A model generated the notes under the pieces. It was not told the DNA's origin and ran no database searches. It saw nothing but the letters and a program-made list of their open reading frames with translations. This document shows, in pieces, positions 18,325 through 28,465 of a stretch of 47,574 bases of DNA; position 1 is the stretch's first letter, and each line of letters begins with the position of its first letter. The stretch lies in sequence record OR896835.1; one strand, 5' to 3'. This DNA is from Escherichia phage RobRod40. Made by a program: the position numbers and the translations under genes.

Positions 18325-21300
18325 ATGGCTGAAGAGATTAAGATTTATGGTGCTAAAGGCGGTAGCCAGAAGCAGCATCAACCAGTTGAGCAGGAAGATA
18401 ACCTAATTTCGGTTAACAAGGTTAAGGTATTGCTTGCTGTTGCTGATGGTGAGGTTGACTCTAATTTCTCCATGAAGGATTTATACCTTGCTGATGTGCC
18501 TGTTCAGAACCAGGATAACAGCTATAACTATGAGGGTGTTAGAGCAGAATTTCGCGCTGGGACTCAGTATCAGGATTACATTGCTGGACTTGATGGTGCT
18601 AACTCAGAGATTCAGGCATCTCGTGAAATCACGAATGACACGCCTTACATTATTGCGGTTAATAACAGTCAGCTTTCGGCAATTCGGGTTAAACTTTTTT
18701 GGCCTAGATTGGTTAAGCAAGAAAGCAACGGCGACCTGAATGGTACAACTTGCGAGTACGCAATTGACTTGTCCGTTAATGGCGGAGTATATCAGGAATA
18801 CACTCGCGGAGTTGCAAACGGTAAGACAACTACTGGTTACGACCGCAGCATTCGTGTAAACCTTCCGGCTGAATTTGATAGTGCACTGGTTCGGATCCGA
18901 AAGATTACAGCGGATTCAACGAGTAGCACACTGGTTAATGGAATGCAGATTACAACCTATCAGGAAGTAATCGACGCTAAATTCCGATATCCGCTTACAG
19001 CACTTGTTTATGTTGAGTTCGGCTCTGACCTTTTCCCTAACGGGATCCCGACAATATCAATCAAGAAGAGATGGAAGCTGATTCAAGTTCCAACGAACTA
19101 TAATCCGGAGACAAGAACCTACAGCGGAACATGGAATGGCCTGTTCAAGATGGCATGGTCAAACAACCCTGCCTGGGTTCTTTATGACTTAGTCACAAAC
19201 CGACGTTATGGTCTTGACCAGCGAGAGCTAGGTGTAGAGATTGATAAGTGGGGATTGTATGAAGCCGCGCAATTCTGTGACCAGATGGTTCCAGATGGCA
19301 AGGGTGGCTTAGAGCCGAGATACCTTTGCGATATGGTTGTGCAAAACAAGGTTGAAGCTTACACGCTAATTCGCGATATCTGCTCAATCTTCCGCGGACT
19401 GACTTTCTATGATGGCGAAAAGATTGGTATCGTGGTTGATAAGCCTCGCAATCCATCATACATCTTTACGAATGATAACGTTGTAAATGGGTTATTTAGC
19501 CGCACATTTGCCAGTGATAAGAGTCTTTACACTACCGCAAACGTCCAGTTTGATGATGTAGAGAACAACTATCAACAAGATGTAGAGCCGGTATTTGAAT
19601 TAGAGGCAACTCGTCGTTTTGGATTTAACCCTGTAGATTTGACTGCGATTGGCTGCACTCGCAGAAGTGAAGCAAACAGGCGCGGCAGGTGGCTCCTAAA
19701 AACCAACCTGAGAAGCGAAACTATCAGCTTCACTACCGGGCTGGAAGGCATGATTCCGATGATTGGCGAGGTCATTGCAGTTAATGACGCGGCATGGTCT
19801 AGCAACTATCAGTTAAACCTTTCCGGTCGTATTGAATCAGTTCAGGGATTGCAGGTTTTTACCCCGTTTAAAGTTGACGCAGCGCCGGGTGACAGAATTC
19901 TTCTGAACAAGCCAGACGGAAGTCCAGAGGCAAGAACTATTGCCAGCGTTTCGGAAGATGGTAGAACAATCAACCTTAACACCGCTTTCAGTTTTGTTGC
20001 TCAGCCTGATACTGTGTTCGCAATCGATAAGGACAATCTGGCGCTTCAGCAATATGTTGTGACCGGGATTCAAAAAGCGGATTCAGACGGCTCGGACTCG
20101 TTCCAGTATACGATTACAGCAGTAGAGTATGACCCGAACAAGTATGACGAGATTGACTACGGCGTTAACATTGTTGATCGTCCGACTTCAATTGTAGAGC
20201 CTGATAGATTGTCGCCACCAGAAAACCTTACCGTATCAAGTTACAGTAAAATTGTTCAGGGCTTGTCAGTTGAGACGATGGTCATTGGATGGGATAAGGC
20301 TCCATACGCTAAAACCTACAATGTTCAGTGGAGAAAAGAGAATGGCAACTGGATTAACGTACCCAGAACAGCTAGCACAGAAGTTGATATTGAGGGTATT
20401 TACGCAGGAATCTATGACGTTAGGGTTCGCAGCGTATCAGATACTGAAAACGTTTCTGCATGGTCTGACATTGTAACAGTATCGCTAACTGGCAAGATTG
20501 GTCGCCCATCGGCACCTACGGTTATCACGGCATCAACAGATGAGGTATTTGGCATCCGTGTTAAGTGGGGTTTCCCTGAAGGCTCTGGTGACACTGCTTA
20601 CACTGAACTTCAACAGGTTCCTGATAATGGTGATGGTACTTACAATCCTGATAACGCAAGTTTGCTTACATTACTTCCGTATCCGGCTTATGAATACTGG
20701 CACACGCCGATTCAGCCGGGTAAGGTTATCTGGTATCGCGCAAGGATTATAGATAGGATTGGCAATACATCTGATTGGACGGATTTCGTCAGAGGAATGA
20801 GTACTGATGATGCTCAGAAGATCGCTGAATATATCAAGGTTGATATCGAGCAGTCTGAAGGCTTTAAATACCTACAGCAGAATGCAATTGAGAAAAACCA
20901 GGACATTCAGAATCAAGCTGAGGCAATTATCGAGAACGCATTGGCGAATGACTCAGATGTAAGGCTTCAGTCTGTTAAGAATGGGAAATTTACAGCTTCA
21001 ATAACCGAAAGTCTTCAGTTGATTGCCGATGAGCAGCAAGCCAGGGTAACTCAGATATCTCAGCTTGAAGCGGATTTTGACGGAAGGGTTAATTCTTTAA
21101 ACACTGAACTAAGAGAGGTAATAACAACTGGTGATAGCGCTCTATCAAGATCAATTGATGATTTAAGGGTTGAGATTGACGAGAACATATCATCACAAAT
21201 AACAAACATAAACACAGCTTTAGTAACAGAAGCAGAAGCAAGAGCAACGGCTGACACGGCTTTGTCTGCAAGGCTTGGTCAGAACGAGGCAGCGCTAAAC

Positions 21301-21780
21301 CAGAAGCTGGATGCTTTCTCTAATGCCACATCAACTGGCGTGCAGTACGGAATTAGTCTTGGCCTAAAATACAATGGACAGACTTATTCATCTGGTATGA
21401 GCATGGAGTTAGTTGGCACTGGTGGCAATGTTCGCAGTCAATTCATTTTTGATGCAAACAGATTCGCGATCAGTAACGGTATCGGCTCTGGTTCCGGTCA
21501 GTGGCAACTCCCCTTCGTTGTCGAGAACGGTAACGTAATCATCCAGAGTGCAGTAATCGGAGATGGCTCAATCAGCAACGCGAAGATTGGTAACTTTATT
21601 CAGTCGAATAACTATGTAGCAAACACTACCGGCTGGAGACTTGATAAAGGTGGCACATTCGAGAATAACGGGTTTACGCCTGGTGAAGGCAGAATGAAGC
21701 AGACCAACCAAACAATTTCGGTTGCTGATGGAAATGGCAGGCTTCGCGTTCAGATTGGTCGTTTAACTGGAGTTTACTAA
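18325..21780 (+). CDS. tail tip / host specificity protein (gpJ-like)
   Basis: ~1150 aa; N-terminus MAEEIKIYGAKGGSQK resembles the J-family start; start 18325 chosen for GAGG RBS (in-frame alternatives 18286, 18310). Confidence 0.8.
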   Translation: MAEEIKIYGAKGGSQKQHQPVEQEDNLISVNKVKVLLAVADGEVDSNFSMKDLYLADVPVQNQDNSYNYEGVRAEFRAGTQYQDYIAGLDGANSEIQASREITNDTPYIIAVNNSQLSAIRVKLFWPRLVKQESNGDLNGTTCEYAIDLSVNGGVYQEYTRGVANGKTTTGYDRSIRVNLPAEFDSALVRIRKITADSTSSTLVNGMQITTYQEVIDAKFRYPLTALVYVEFGSDLFPNGIPTISIKKRWKLIQVPTNYNPETRTYSGTWNGLFKMAWSNNPAWVLYDLVTNRRYGLDQRELGVEIDKWGLYEAAQFCDQMVPDGKGGLEPRYLCDMVVQNKVEAYTLIRDICSIFRGLTFYDGEKIGIVVDKPRNPSYIFTNDNVVNGLFSRTFASDKSLYTTANVQFDDVENNYQQDVEPVFELEATRRFGFNPVDLTAIGCTRRSEANRRGRWLLKTNLRSETISFTTGLEGMIPMIGEVIAVNDAAWSSNYQLNLSGRIESVQGLQVFTPFKVDAAPGDRILLNKPDGSPEARTIASVSEDGRTINLNTAFSFVAQPDTVFAIDKDNLALQQYVVTGIQKADSDGSDSFQYTITAVEYDPNKYDEIDYGVNIVDRPTSIVEPDRLSPPENLTVSSYSKIVQGLSVETMVIGWDKAPYAKTYNVQWRKENGNWINVPRTASTEVDIEGIYAGIYDVRVRSVSDTENVSAWSDIVTVSLTGKIGRPSAPTVITASTDEVFGIRVKWGFPEGSGDTAYTELQQVPDNGDGTYNPDNASLLTLLPYPAYEYWHTPIQPGKVIWYRARIIDRIGNTSDWTDFVRGMSTDDAQKIAEYIKVDIEQSEGFKYLQQNAIEKNQDIQNQAEAIIENALANDSDVRLQSVKNGKFTASITESLQLIADEQQARVTQISQLEADFDGRVNSLNTELREVITTGDSALSRSIDDLRVEIDENISSQITNINTALVTEAEARATADTALSARLGQNEAALNQKLDAFSNATSTGVQYGISLGLKYNGQTYSSGMSMELVGTGGNVRSQFIFDANRFAISNGIGSGSGQWQLPFVVENGNVIIQSAVIGDGSISNAKIGNFIQSNNYVANTTGWRLDKGGTFENNGFTPGEGRMKQTNQTISVADGNGRLRVQIGRLTGVY

Positions 21781-21827
21781 GTGATAGAATTGGCAAATGG
21801 ATTTGCCTATTTCAATTGGAGATAATT

Positions 21828-22136
21828 ATGGCTGAGTATGGAATTGCAACATATGATGCAAATGGTAATTACAATAACTATGGGATTAAACCTGTGACGG
21901 TTGTTGGCTGGAATTTTCTAGCGGCCGGACAGAACTCGGCCTCATTCAGTTATCAGGTTCCAGCAGGAATGCACGTTAACTATGTTGTAAGCCTTGATGA
22001 CGGGTCTGTAGGTGGTCCAGGAAGGGCCATAATAGCTAGCGGAAACACCATAACAGTAACGCCAACAAACTCTCCAGGGCCAAATGTGTACCCTTCATCT
22101 AACTGCTATATAATCGCATACCTGGAGAATAACTAA
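21828..22136 (+). CDS. hypothetical tail-associated protein
   Basis: ATG 21828 after GGAG; immediately downstream of J-like gene. Confidence 0.5.
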   Translation: MAEYGIATYDANGNYNNYGIKPVTVVGWNFLAAGQNSASFSYQVPAGMHVNYVVSLDDGSVGGPGRAIIASGNTITVTPTNSPGPNVYPSSNCYIIAYLENN

Positions 22137-22825
22137 TGTCATATGGTGCTTTTATAGATGTGAATGGGAATCCATTCATAACTCCACTATCAACTCCATT
22201 TGCATTGTATGCGAAGGGGACCATTCAATCTGTGAACGTCAGTAGTTCACAAGTTGCTGAAAGGTACGTCAATATCCCTACTGGCGTTCCAGTTATAGCT
22301 TTTTGCAAAACAACAAACACAGCACAGGGTACGGCTCTTTCGGCCTTCACATTTAGAGAGGGAGCTAACGTTGGAACTGTTTACATTAGGGGTACAAACC
22401 CAGCAAACCAATCATACACATTAACTTATTATATATTTGCTATCTTTGAGCAGAGTTTACCGGATTGGGGGATGGCGATTTGGGATGATTCCGGCAAGTT
22501 GATATTAACCAATGAAACAAAGGTTTTAAGTGACCTAGTGACCGTTGGAACCCCTGGTTATGCAGGTGGCGGTTTAAATATTGACTCAACGCTTAGCGGT
22601 AGTTACGCGGTTGTTCCTACGATACTTGGAAACTACCAGATACAAATCGGAACGCTGCCAACTGGGCAACCAATAATTGGCAACTCAACAGCGGGAACAT
22701 CATGCAGGTATAACGGATCTACAACAAGAATAAACGCAGCCGCGACAACTCAGGCGGGTCAGGTATTCAATACAACAAATAATGGTAATGTGATCACAGC
22801 AATTAACACAGCAGCATACGACTAA
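22136..22825 (+). CDS. hypothetical tail-associated protein
   Basis: 229-aa ORF, start overlaps upstream stop; terminator downstream. Confidence 0.5.
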   Translation: MSYGAFIDVNGNPFITPLSTPFALYAKGTIQSVNVSSSQVAERYVNIPTGVPVIAFCKTTNTAQGTALSAFTFREGANVGTVYIRGTNPANQSYTLTYYIFAIFEQSLPDWGMAIWDDSGKLILTNETKVLSDLVTVGTPGYAGGGLNIDSTLSGSYAVVPTILGNYQIQIGTLPTGQPIIGNSTAGTSCRYNGSTTRINAAATTQAGQVFNTTNNGNVITAINTAAYD

Positions 22826-22847
22826 GCCCCTTTCGGGGCTTTTATTT
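22825..22847 (+). terminator. rho-independent terminator (between convergent genes)
   Basis: AGCCCC-tttc-GGGGCT then TTTTATTTT. Confidence 0.7.
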
Positions 22848-23068
22848 TACATTGAGCAGTCGTGAGACTTGAAGTTCTTATCTGATACATAGTGGAATGA
22901 GAAGGGGTATCCAGCACGCAATAGCATCTCATTACCGCGCATCTGAGAGCCAAAAACATAAACCGAGTACTCTGCTCCGCCTGATTCATAAATCGCCGTA
23001 CATGTGCGCTCTGGCATCGTAGAGCAACCAATCAGGAGCAATGCCGCAATTGCTATAATCTTTTTCAT
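22847..23068 (-). CDS. small lipoprotein (candidate superinfection-exclusion protein)
   Basis: MKKIIAIAALLLIGC signal peptide with lipobox; GGAGG RBS 8 nt upstream of ATG at 23068; ~73 aa, adjacent to tail fibre genes. Confidence 0.5.
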   Translation of the reverse strand: MKKIIAIAALLLIGCSTMPERTCTAIYESGGAEYSVYVFGSQMRGNEMLLRAGYPFSFHYVSDKNFKSHDCSM

Positions 23069-23069
23069 A

Positions 23070-23174
23070 TTAGAATCCTCCAAAGTTACTAGCCAGCAGA
23101 AGAACCCAAACGAAGAAGCCAGTTACGGCAGTGCCAGCGACCAGGGCAATTGAGTTGTTGATTAAGTTAGTCAT
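23070..23174 (-). CDS. small predicted membrane peptide
   Basis: 34-aa ORF with hydrophobic segment ALVAGTAVTGFFVWVLLLA; AAGGAA RBS; alternative longer start at 23300 lacks RBS. Confidence 0.3.
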   Translation of the reverse strand: MTNLINNSIALVAGTAVTGFFVWVLLLASNFGGF

Positions 23175-23310
23175 CTTGCATTCCTTGTTAAGTTGCTTAG
23201 TTTCGATGTGGTAATAATACAGCCGTCTCTGCGGAATGTCTTTAGCTATTCGTGCTATTGCATACGCGTAACCGATGTAACTCGATGTATACAATCTCAT
23301 CCGCGGAAAA

Positions 23311-23340
23311 TGATATACGCCAAGTTACGCAAATTTACGC
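23311..23340. repeat. iteron-like direct repeats (3 x TACGC at 10-bp period)
   Basis: gatataCGC / aagtTACGC / atttTACGC spaced one helical turn apart in AT-rich intergenic region. Confidence 0.5.
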
Positions 23341-23344
23341 ATTG

Positions 23345-23405
23345 GTTACATTAAAATATCTATATATATCAACCTTTTACTATTATTATTATTATTATAT
23401 ATATT
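23345..23405. repeat. AT-rich module GTTACATTAAAA...(TAT)6(AT)n, copy 1
   Basis: Homologous to 41661-41728; contains (TAT)6 microsatellite at 23381-23398. Confidence 0.6.
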
Positions 23406-23520
23406 ACTGTGTATATCATGTAACTACTTCTATAGAGTGTTCCGGTTATAATTTTAATATCATGTGGATTTATACAGTATCCAACAACCAGCATACCAAT
23501 GCACCCTCAGCAATAAATGA

Positions 23521-23552
23521 TATACACGATATACACGCTAGTTACATTGAGA
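23521..23552. repeat. second iteron cluster (2 x GATATACACG + CTAGTTACATT)
   Basis: tatacacgatatacacgctagttacattgag repeats the core of the first module. Confidence 0.45.
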
Positions 23553-23653
23553 TATGGCTGGTCTGGAGTGCCAAAAAACGTAACTAGCGCCAATGTATAC
23601 ACGTAATTACAAAGATTAACGCGTAAACTTGATTCAACGATTGGCAAAACCAA

Positions 23654-23681
23654 TTGGACTGGCTACGGTTCCGAGTATAAA
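23654..23681 (+). promoter_or_regulatory. candidate sigma70-type promoter (TTGGAC-16-TATAAA)
   Basis: Upstream of 23721 early operon; followed by CCTCATCGAAAGCAAAC leader; overlapped by inverted repeat ATTGGcaaaaCCAAT. Confidence 0.4.
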
Positions 23682-23720
23682 GTTACCTCATCGAAAGCAA
23701 ACAACCAGAGAGATGCACAA

Positions 23721-23915
23721 ATGACCTACTACATTATCAAAGAGAAAAACAATGCACTGTTCGGTGACTGCTATTTTGGTGGCCCTGCCGGATACACCAC
23801 GGATAAGAACGAAGCAGACAGATTCGAGACCAAAGGAGAAGCCCGTGATGTACTGACCGGTTACTTCACTGAGGAAGATTTGAATTCTGTTAAAGTAGTT
23901 AAGGTCAAGGGGTGA
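23721..23915 (+). CDS. hypothetical protein (first gene of early operon)
   Basis: 64-aa ORF downstream of AT-rich intergenic region and sigma70-like promoter. Confidence 0.5.
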   Translation: MTYYIIKEKNNALFGDCYFGGPAGYTTDKNEADRFETKGEARDVLTGYFTEEDLNSVKVVKVKG

Positions 23916-23918
23916 GTT

Positions 23919-24884
23919 ATGAGCTTTAAAGTTTTTACGCGAGAGGAGCTAAGCAACGAGGCTTACCACGCTGAAACCGACCACATCTCAGGCTCCTCAC
24001 TTGTCGAGATTATCCAGGGATCCCCAGCTAAGTGGAAGTTTAAACAGCGCAACAATGATAGCAAGGCTCTGAAGTTTGGAACGCTGAGTCACACGTACAT
24101 CCTCGAAGGTGACATGTTTGACAAAGAATACCTTAGAGCGACAGACCTTGACTCTATTGAAGGGTTAATTACAAGCCAAGCTGGATTATCGGCAGCGCTT
24201 AAAAAAGTTGGTGTGGCTGACACGTCAGGGAAGGGCTATAGCGAGCTTGTAGAGATGATGTATCGCTCTGGTGAGGATTGGGATGTTAAATGGCTAATTG
24301 AGCAGCAGGAGAGCGCCCAAGCGCTTGTAGAGGGCAAGGAGCTAGTTAGCGCATCAGACTACGACAAGGTGGTGGCGATGCGTGAAGTTCTCTGCAACAT
24401 TCCGGCGTATAATGCAATCGTGAATAGCGAAACAGCACAAAAGGAGTTATCAATCTTTGGTGAGATTCTTGGTGTCGGCGTGAAGATTCGAATTGACCAC
24501 GTTGATGTTGTTGATGGTGTAGTTCGGGTGACAGATTACAAAACGACCGCAGACGCAAGCCCGGAAGGATTCGGTAAATCGGCATTCTCGCACGGATACC
24601 TTGCAAAAATGGCCCTTCAGAGAGATCTGTTTGTGAAGGCATTTAACGAGAAGCGCAAGGTTGTCGTGGGATTGCTAGCGCAGGAGAAGGTAGAGCCATA
24701 TCTCCCAATGCTTTACACCCTAACCGACGAGCAGCTAAGAATTGGCCGACTTCAGTATCTTGAAGCGCTGGCTACGTACAAGAAGTGCAAGGAGCTAGAT
24801 ATCTGGCCGGGGTACTCTAATGGCATCACAGAGCAAGAGCTATTAGTTCCTGAGTGGGCGTTGAAACAGTATAAAGAAATCTAA
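23919..24884 (+). CDS. putative PD-(D/E)XK recombination exonuclease
   Basis: Motifs IRIDHVD and VTDYKTT (D...D/E.K) and C-terminal Q..Y; sits immediately upstream of Erf-like gene. Confidence 0.55.
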   Translation: MSFKVFTREELSNEAYHAETDHISGSSLVEIIQGSPAKWKFKQRNNDSKALKFGTLSHTYILEGDMFDKEYLRATDLDSIEGLITSQAGLSAALKKVGVADTSGKGYSELVEMMYRSGEDWDVKWLIEQQESAQALVEGKELVSASDYDKVVAMREVLCNIPAYNAIVNSETAQKELSIFGEILGVGVKIRIDHVDVVDGVVRVTDYKTTADASPEGFGKSAFSHGYLAKMALQRDLFVKAFNEKRKVVVGLLAQEKVEPYLPMLYTLTDEQLRIGRLQYLEALATYKKCKELDIWPGYSNGITEQELLVPEWALKQYKEI

Positions 24885-24928
24885 ATAGCACGAATTGCTA
24901 AAGACAAGATCAAAAGGTGGGGTATGAT
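24885..24928 (+). promoter_or_regulatory. conserved promoter-like module (ATAGCAC-gaa-TTGCTAAA, 22 bp, TATGAT)
   Basis: Palindrome GGGGTAtgatTACCCC spans the -10-like hexamer; precedes erf. Confidence 0.6.
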
Positions 24929-24957
24929 TACCCCATCAACAACGAACGAGGTTAAAG

Positions 24958-25608
24958 ATGCAAATTTCAGAATCATGCAAATCAATTTTAAACGCGCTGC
25001 ACACTGCCAAATCGCTATTTGCGAAAGCTGAAAAGTCTAAGCATAACTCGCACCTTAAGAATAAATACGCCACCCTAGAAGACGTTTTGGCAGCTGTTGA
25101 GCCAGGACTTGATGAGTGCGGGCTGGTAATGTTCCAGAGCGTACTTGATGATGAACAAACTAACCGTATCAAGGTTGAGACAAAGCTGTTCCACGCGGAG
25201 TCAGGCGAGTGGGTCAGCTTCTTAATGATTGTCCCAATCAGCAAGCAAGACGCTCAAGGTTACGGATCCGCACTTACATACGCTCGACGTTATGGAATCA
25301 CGGCGGCATTAGGACTTAGTCAGGCAGATGATGATGGAAATCTGGCAGCGAAAGGCGTTAAAGATTTCAAACGAGAGCTTGAGAAGTGCAACACATTAGA
25401 TGAGCTTCGTAACGTTTGGAAGGATGCTAAGCAGTCACTGGATGCGGCGGGTTGGAAGGTTTTCGAACCACACATCATCGAGCGAAAAGCAGAAATAGAA
25501 GCAAACGCAGCAACTGGCTTTAACCCAGCAACACCAAAGAAAGTTGCAGAAAAAAGTAGTAATGACGAAAAGCCTGAAGTAGAATCACAACAAATCGACA
25601 CATTCTAA
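24958..25608 (+). CDS. erf: Erf-family single-strand annealing protein
   Basis: GSALTYARRYGITAALG motif; located between exonuclease and SSB. Confidence 0.65.
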   Translation: MQISESCKSILNALHTAKSLFAKAEKSKHNSHLKNKYATLEDVLAAVEPGLDECGLVMFQSVLDDEQTNRIKVETKLFHAESGEWVSFLMIVPISKQDAQGYGSALTYARRYGITAALGLSQADDDGNLAAKGVKDFKRELEKCNTLDELRNVWKDAKQSLDAAGWKVFEPHIIERKAEIEANAATGFNPATPKKVAEKSSNDEKPEVESQQIDTF

Positions 25609-25650
25609 ATTTAACGGGGCTGCGACCCCAACAAGCAGAGAGATAAAAAC

Positions 25651-26076
25651 ATGCACGTAATTACTGGTCAGATTCGCCGCGCCCCATTCACCAAAGAAGG
25701 TCAGAACGCAAATGGCAACTGGAAAATGTTCGCGGTTGATTTGAGTGAGCGGTATAAGGATAAGGATGGTCAGTCTCAATACACTAACTACCGCGCAGTT
25801 TTCTTTGCTAAGGAGTCCATGCTAGATTGGTATAACGAAGCATTTCAGGAAGGCAAGGTTGTTAGTGTTAGCGCTGAAAGTCTGTCTGTAGATGTTCGGG
25901 ATAAAGATGGCAAGACTTACGTAACAATCAACATGAATAACCCTCGGCTTGAGTTTAGTCAGCGTGGTGAAGGTACGCAACAGCAGCAAAAAACACAGCA
26001 TCAGCAGCAACTGCAACAAAGACAGCAGCAGCAACCACAACAGCAAAGTCAATTCAACGACGATATCCCCTTCTGA
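25651..26076 (+). CDS. ssb: single-stranded DNA-binding protein
   Basis: OB-fold-like N-terminal region, Gln-rich linker and C-terminal acidic tail ending DDIPF. Confidence 0.85.
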   Translation: MHVITGQIRRAPFTKEGQNANGNWKMFAVDLSERYKDKDGQSQYTNYRAVFFAKESMLDWYNEAFQEGKVVSVSAESLSVDVRDKDGKTYVTINMNNPRLEFSQRGEGTQQQQKTQHQQQLQQRQQQQPQQQSQFNDDIPF

Positions 26077-26085
26077 TAAAAGATA

Positions 26086-26109
26086 AAGCCCCTTTCGGGG
26101 CTTTTTTAT
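26086..26109. terminator. bidirectional terminator between ssb and minus-strand tailspike
   Basis: AAGCCCC-tttc-GGGGCTT flanked by A-run upstream and T-run downstream. Confidence 0.7.
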
Positions 26110-28442
26110 TAACCTATTTTAGTGTAAGTCCATCTGTAAGTAGCTGTACCCAGTGCAGTTATAAAAACAATCCTTGAGCTAACATCAATTGTTGTAAAGG
26201 ATGCCGTCTTAGTGACTATAATTGATGACGCGGTTCCATCAAAGAGAACATCAGCTATGACGCTATAGTTTGTTCCAGCATTCTGCACCCAGCAACAAAC
26301 CTTATAAAGACCTGCTGAGTTAGGAAGTTCAAAAAGACCAGCTTGAACGTTTGCCTGCGCCACCGTTGAACCTTTAGCCGTATAAACACCATCAGTCTTC
26401 AATCCTTCTGATGAGTAGGTCTGCTTATAACCACCAACAATAGAACCACCCATAGGTTCAGTAAACCAGTTCACATTACCCTGACTAACAACAGATATTA
26501 CAGGAGCGCCACCTTTGGCTGACTGGAACCTGCCGCTTAAAATGTCAATTCTAGATGCTGAGTCCTGGGCGTAGATAGTTACAGGGTATCCACCAGTTCC
26601 AGTGTAAACCAAGCCGTCATTATCAAGAGAATCTTCCGAAGAGTCAATAATGACGTGAGAAGTTCCAGAAGCCTTGATATATGAAACCACACCACTAGAA
26701 CCTGCGCCAGTTGTTCTAACTTCGTTCTTCCATCCTGTCAGGCCTGAAATTCTTCCATTTGAGTTATTAAACCTAATCAGGCAACAATCCTGAGAACCGT
26801 TGGTGTCAATAATGTTACCTTCAACGTCCATCCCTAGTATGTTTACACTATGACTGTTGATGAAGTTAATTCCAGCCCCACCATAAGAGCCAGATGTTGA
26901 TGATATATTGCTTCCATCCATTGCGCAGTTAATCATCGTAACGCTCATTACTGCACCAAATTCATAAGGTGAAATGCAACCTGATGCGTAACAAGTCTCA
27001 AGCAACATTGTCGTCCCAGTCGCCTTGATGAATCCCGTTCTGCAATTCCTGGCCCAAACATTCTGTAACTTAGTTTGGTATGTTCCAGTGGTATCCGTGT
27101 AACAACCCCACGCTCCATGTACCGTGCAATCTTTGATACATGAATTTTCCAGACCAGTTGCAGAACCAACATTAGAAACGAAGTTAAATGCTATCTTTTG
27201 ATCATTCCCTGATGCTACGGTAGGTGTGGTTCCTGGATTATAAAAAATGTAAAGACCTTCAATAAATATTTGATACATTCTTATGTTTTGTGCATCACCC
27301 TGAACCAAGGCAAACAGGTTGATGTTACCATCAACTGAGATAAATGTTTGCGCCCTGTTAATTTGGTCTGTTCCCTCGCCAATAATTCTTGTGCTGTTGC
27401 CAATCCTTACAGTCCTGTTAATAAACATAAATCCTTTTGGTATGTATACCGTTTTGCCAGTATTAACCGCCGCCTGAAGCGCAACTGCGTCAAGTGACTC
27501 GTTAAGGTTTGATGCAAACGGATAAACAACCCGTGCAGCCTCAATTGTAGAGAATTTAGATGATAGCGGAACTAAACTACCGTTGTTTGTGGCGCCGAAA
27601 TCCATAACGTTAACAAAATCACCAAGTTTTGATTCCACGCTTCTAACTACTGATGATACATTATTCAGCTTGAAGTTAATCATTGATGAGCCATTATCAT
27701 TCTCAAGATTTTTAAGAACCCTTCCGTTTGAAAGGAGTCTCCATCCAGTAGCATCATCTATACCACCAGTTCCTTCTGGAGTTGATCCTTGCGGGACAAC
27801 CTTAGGGAATGCTCCAGACCACACATAAACAGAAGAGTTTTCAATGTCTATGATTTGCTGAGAATCACCCTCGAGAGTAACTCCACCCTGGAAGCTGCCA
27901 ACTAAAGCACCTGAAACTGATGCCGCCGCACTCTGGGCGACGCTTGCAGAGTTGATTGCAGATAATGCGGAATTAGAAGCAGAATCTTTGTCACTTGAAA
28001 CCTGAGCGGCATCGTTTGAAACCTGCGCACCAATTGAAACCACTTCATTATGCTGCGTGTCAACCTGAGCAACCTTAGCACTAAATTCATTTGCATCAAA
28101 GTTGTTGAAAGCATCAACAGCATCTGCAACCTCAGTTTCACGTGACTGATAGTAACGAAGAGTTTCTGCAACATCCTGCGCCAGTCCCTGAACGCTAATT
28201 CCATCATGGGCAAGGATTGCGTAACCAGTACCAGCAGGAACAGTTTCACCATTAGGATTGTATACAGCTAATGATGTGTCGCTAGTGATTTCAGAGATAG
28301 TGTAAATCTGTACTGGCTCTGTTTTAAAAACCAATGTAGCACCAACGCGAATAAGCGTTAGCGGCATAGTCCATTGAGTACCAACACCAGTAACTTGCCC
28401 GTTAGCGGCTAAACTGGCAGTGCCAGTATCATAAATTGCCAT
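26109..28442 (-). CDS. tail fibre / tailspike with beta-helix-like central domain
   Basis: N-terminus MAIYDTGTASLAANGQVTGVGTQW typical of tail-fibre anchor; Gly/Asn/Thr-rich central domain; ATG at 28442 with GGAG RBS (track start 28472 is GTG). Confidence 0.65.
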   Translation of the reverse strand: MAIYDTGTASLAANGQVTGVGTQWTMPLTLIRVGATLVFKTEPVQIYTISEITSDTSLAVYNPNGETVPAGTGYAILAHDGISVQGLAQDVAETLRYYQSRETEVADAVDAFNNFDANEFSAKVAQVDTQHNEVVSIGAQVSNDAAQVSSDKDSASNSALSAINSASVAQSAAASVSGALVGSFQGGVTLEGDSQQIIDIENSSVYVWSGAFPKVVPQGSTPEGTGGIDDATGWRLLSNGRVLKNLENDNGSSMINFKLNNVSSVVRSVESKLGDFVNVMDFGATNNGSLVPLSSKFSTIEAARVVYPFASNLNESLDAVALQAAVNTGKTVYIPKGFMFINRTVRIGNSTRIIGEGTDQINRAQTFISVDGNINLFALVQGDAQNIRMYQIFIEGLYIFYNPGTTPTVASGNDQKIAFNFVSNVGSATGLENSCIKDCTVHGAWGCYTDTTGTYQTKLQNVWARNCRTGFIKATGTTMLLETCYASGCISPYEFGAVMSVTMINCAMDGSNISSTSGSYGGAGINFINSHSVNILGMDVEGNIIDTNGSQDCCLIRFNNSNGRISGLTGWKNEVRTTGAGSSGVVSYIKASGTSHVIIDSSEDSLDNDGLVYTGTGGYPVTIYAQDSASRIDILSGRFQSAKGGAPVISVVSQGNVNWFTEPMGGSIVGGYKQTYSSEGLKTDGVYTAKGSTVAQANVQAGLFELPNSAGLYKVCCWVQNAGTNYSVIADVLFDGTASSIIVTKTASFTTIDVSSRIVFITALGTATYRWTYTKIG

Positions 28443-28465
28443 TGTGTAAATTCTCCATTTGTAAA

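Noticed and set aside
23252-23587. Track ORF 23252..23587 (+) with poly-Tyr tract, and 41230..41940 ORFs in the other intergenic region
   Set aside because: They fall in AT-rich iteron/microsatellite regions; translations are low complexity (YYYYYY from (TAT)n), lack RBS, and overlap promoter and operator elements.
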